Part shown: piece by piece, positions 32,967-33,196 of the stretch
How the letters are laid out: the number at the start of each line of letters is the position of its first letter
Position numbering within the stretch: position 1 is the stretch's first letter
Assembly (NCBI RefSeq): GCF_001194135.2
Contig: NC_068982.1
Coordinates: 133,397,631-133,430,826 of the forward strand
Direction: 5' to 3'
Length of the DNA stretch: 33,196 nt
Origin: Octopus bimaculoides
Lineage: Eukaryota
Notes under the pieces: generated by a model
The model's input: the letters and a program-made list of their open reading frames with translations, nothing else
Told to the model about the DNA's origin: nothing
Databases searched by the model: none
Made by a program: the position numbers and the translations under genes

Positions 32967-33192
32967 TTGGGTTGGTGCATAATTATTGCGGCTTTTTTTC
33001 AACAAATTTTATTCAACAAAAATAATAACATGTAACAAAAACATCTTGAAATGATTATTCCAGAGCATTCTCACCATCTACTTCAATTACTGCTTCCCAT
33101 TTGCTTGGCAGACGGTCAGATCGTCATTTAAAGATGTTTTTGTTGAATAAAATTTGTTGAAAAAAAGCCGCAATAATTATGCACCAACCCAA
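32967..33192 (-). mobile_element. Internally deleted mariner (226 bp) with perfect 56-bp TIRs and TA TSD
   Basis: TIR ttgggttggtgcataattattgcgg... resembles the Hsmar1/MADE1 end; 32967-33022 is the exact reverse complement of 33137-33192. The interior reads DRLPSKWEAVIEVDGENALE* on the minus strand (mariner transposase C-terminus). Confidence 0.93.
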
Positions 33193-33196
33193 TATA

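Overview
AT-rich animal genomic DNA with three assembly gaps (N runs 11834-12639, 13076-13805, 32456-32498). The repeat families match ones I recall from Octopus genomes, so a cephalopod origin is likely, but this is recall and not a database result. I could not support any host protein-coding exon. Every convincing coding trace belongs to a transposable element: three RTE-clade LINE lineages (one apparently young, with C-terminal zinc fingers), a CR1-type LINE, a Gypsy pol remnant, a hAT transposase remnant and an internally deleted mariner. Also present are about 13 copies of an RTE 3' end, at least three tRNA-derived SINE families, four MITE-like foldback elements and many micro/minisatellites. 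Three signals stand out beyond the repeat list: (1) a CpG-retaining, AP-1-motif-rich block at about 4.3-7.9 kb that looks regulatory; (2) a run of mostly minus-strand TE coding remnants directly downstream of it, either an ordinary intron or possibly a uni-strand piRNA-cluster-like locus; (3) an RTE copy nested with a 15-bp TSD in a SINE's internal microsatellite, plus a nearby near-identical inverted RTE pair that could form dsRNA. I found no clear evidence of a new biological system; these are hypotheses to test.
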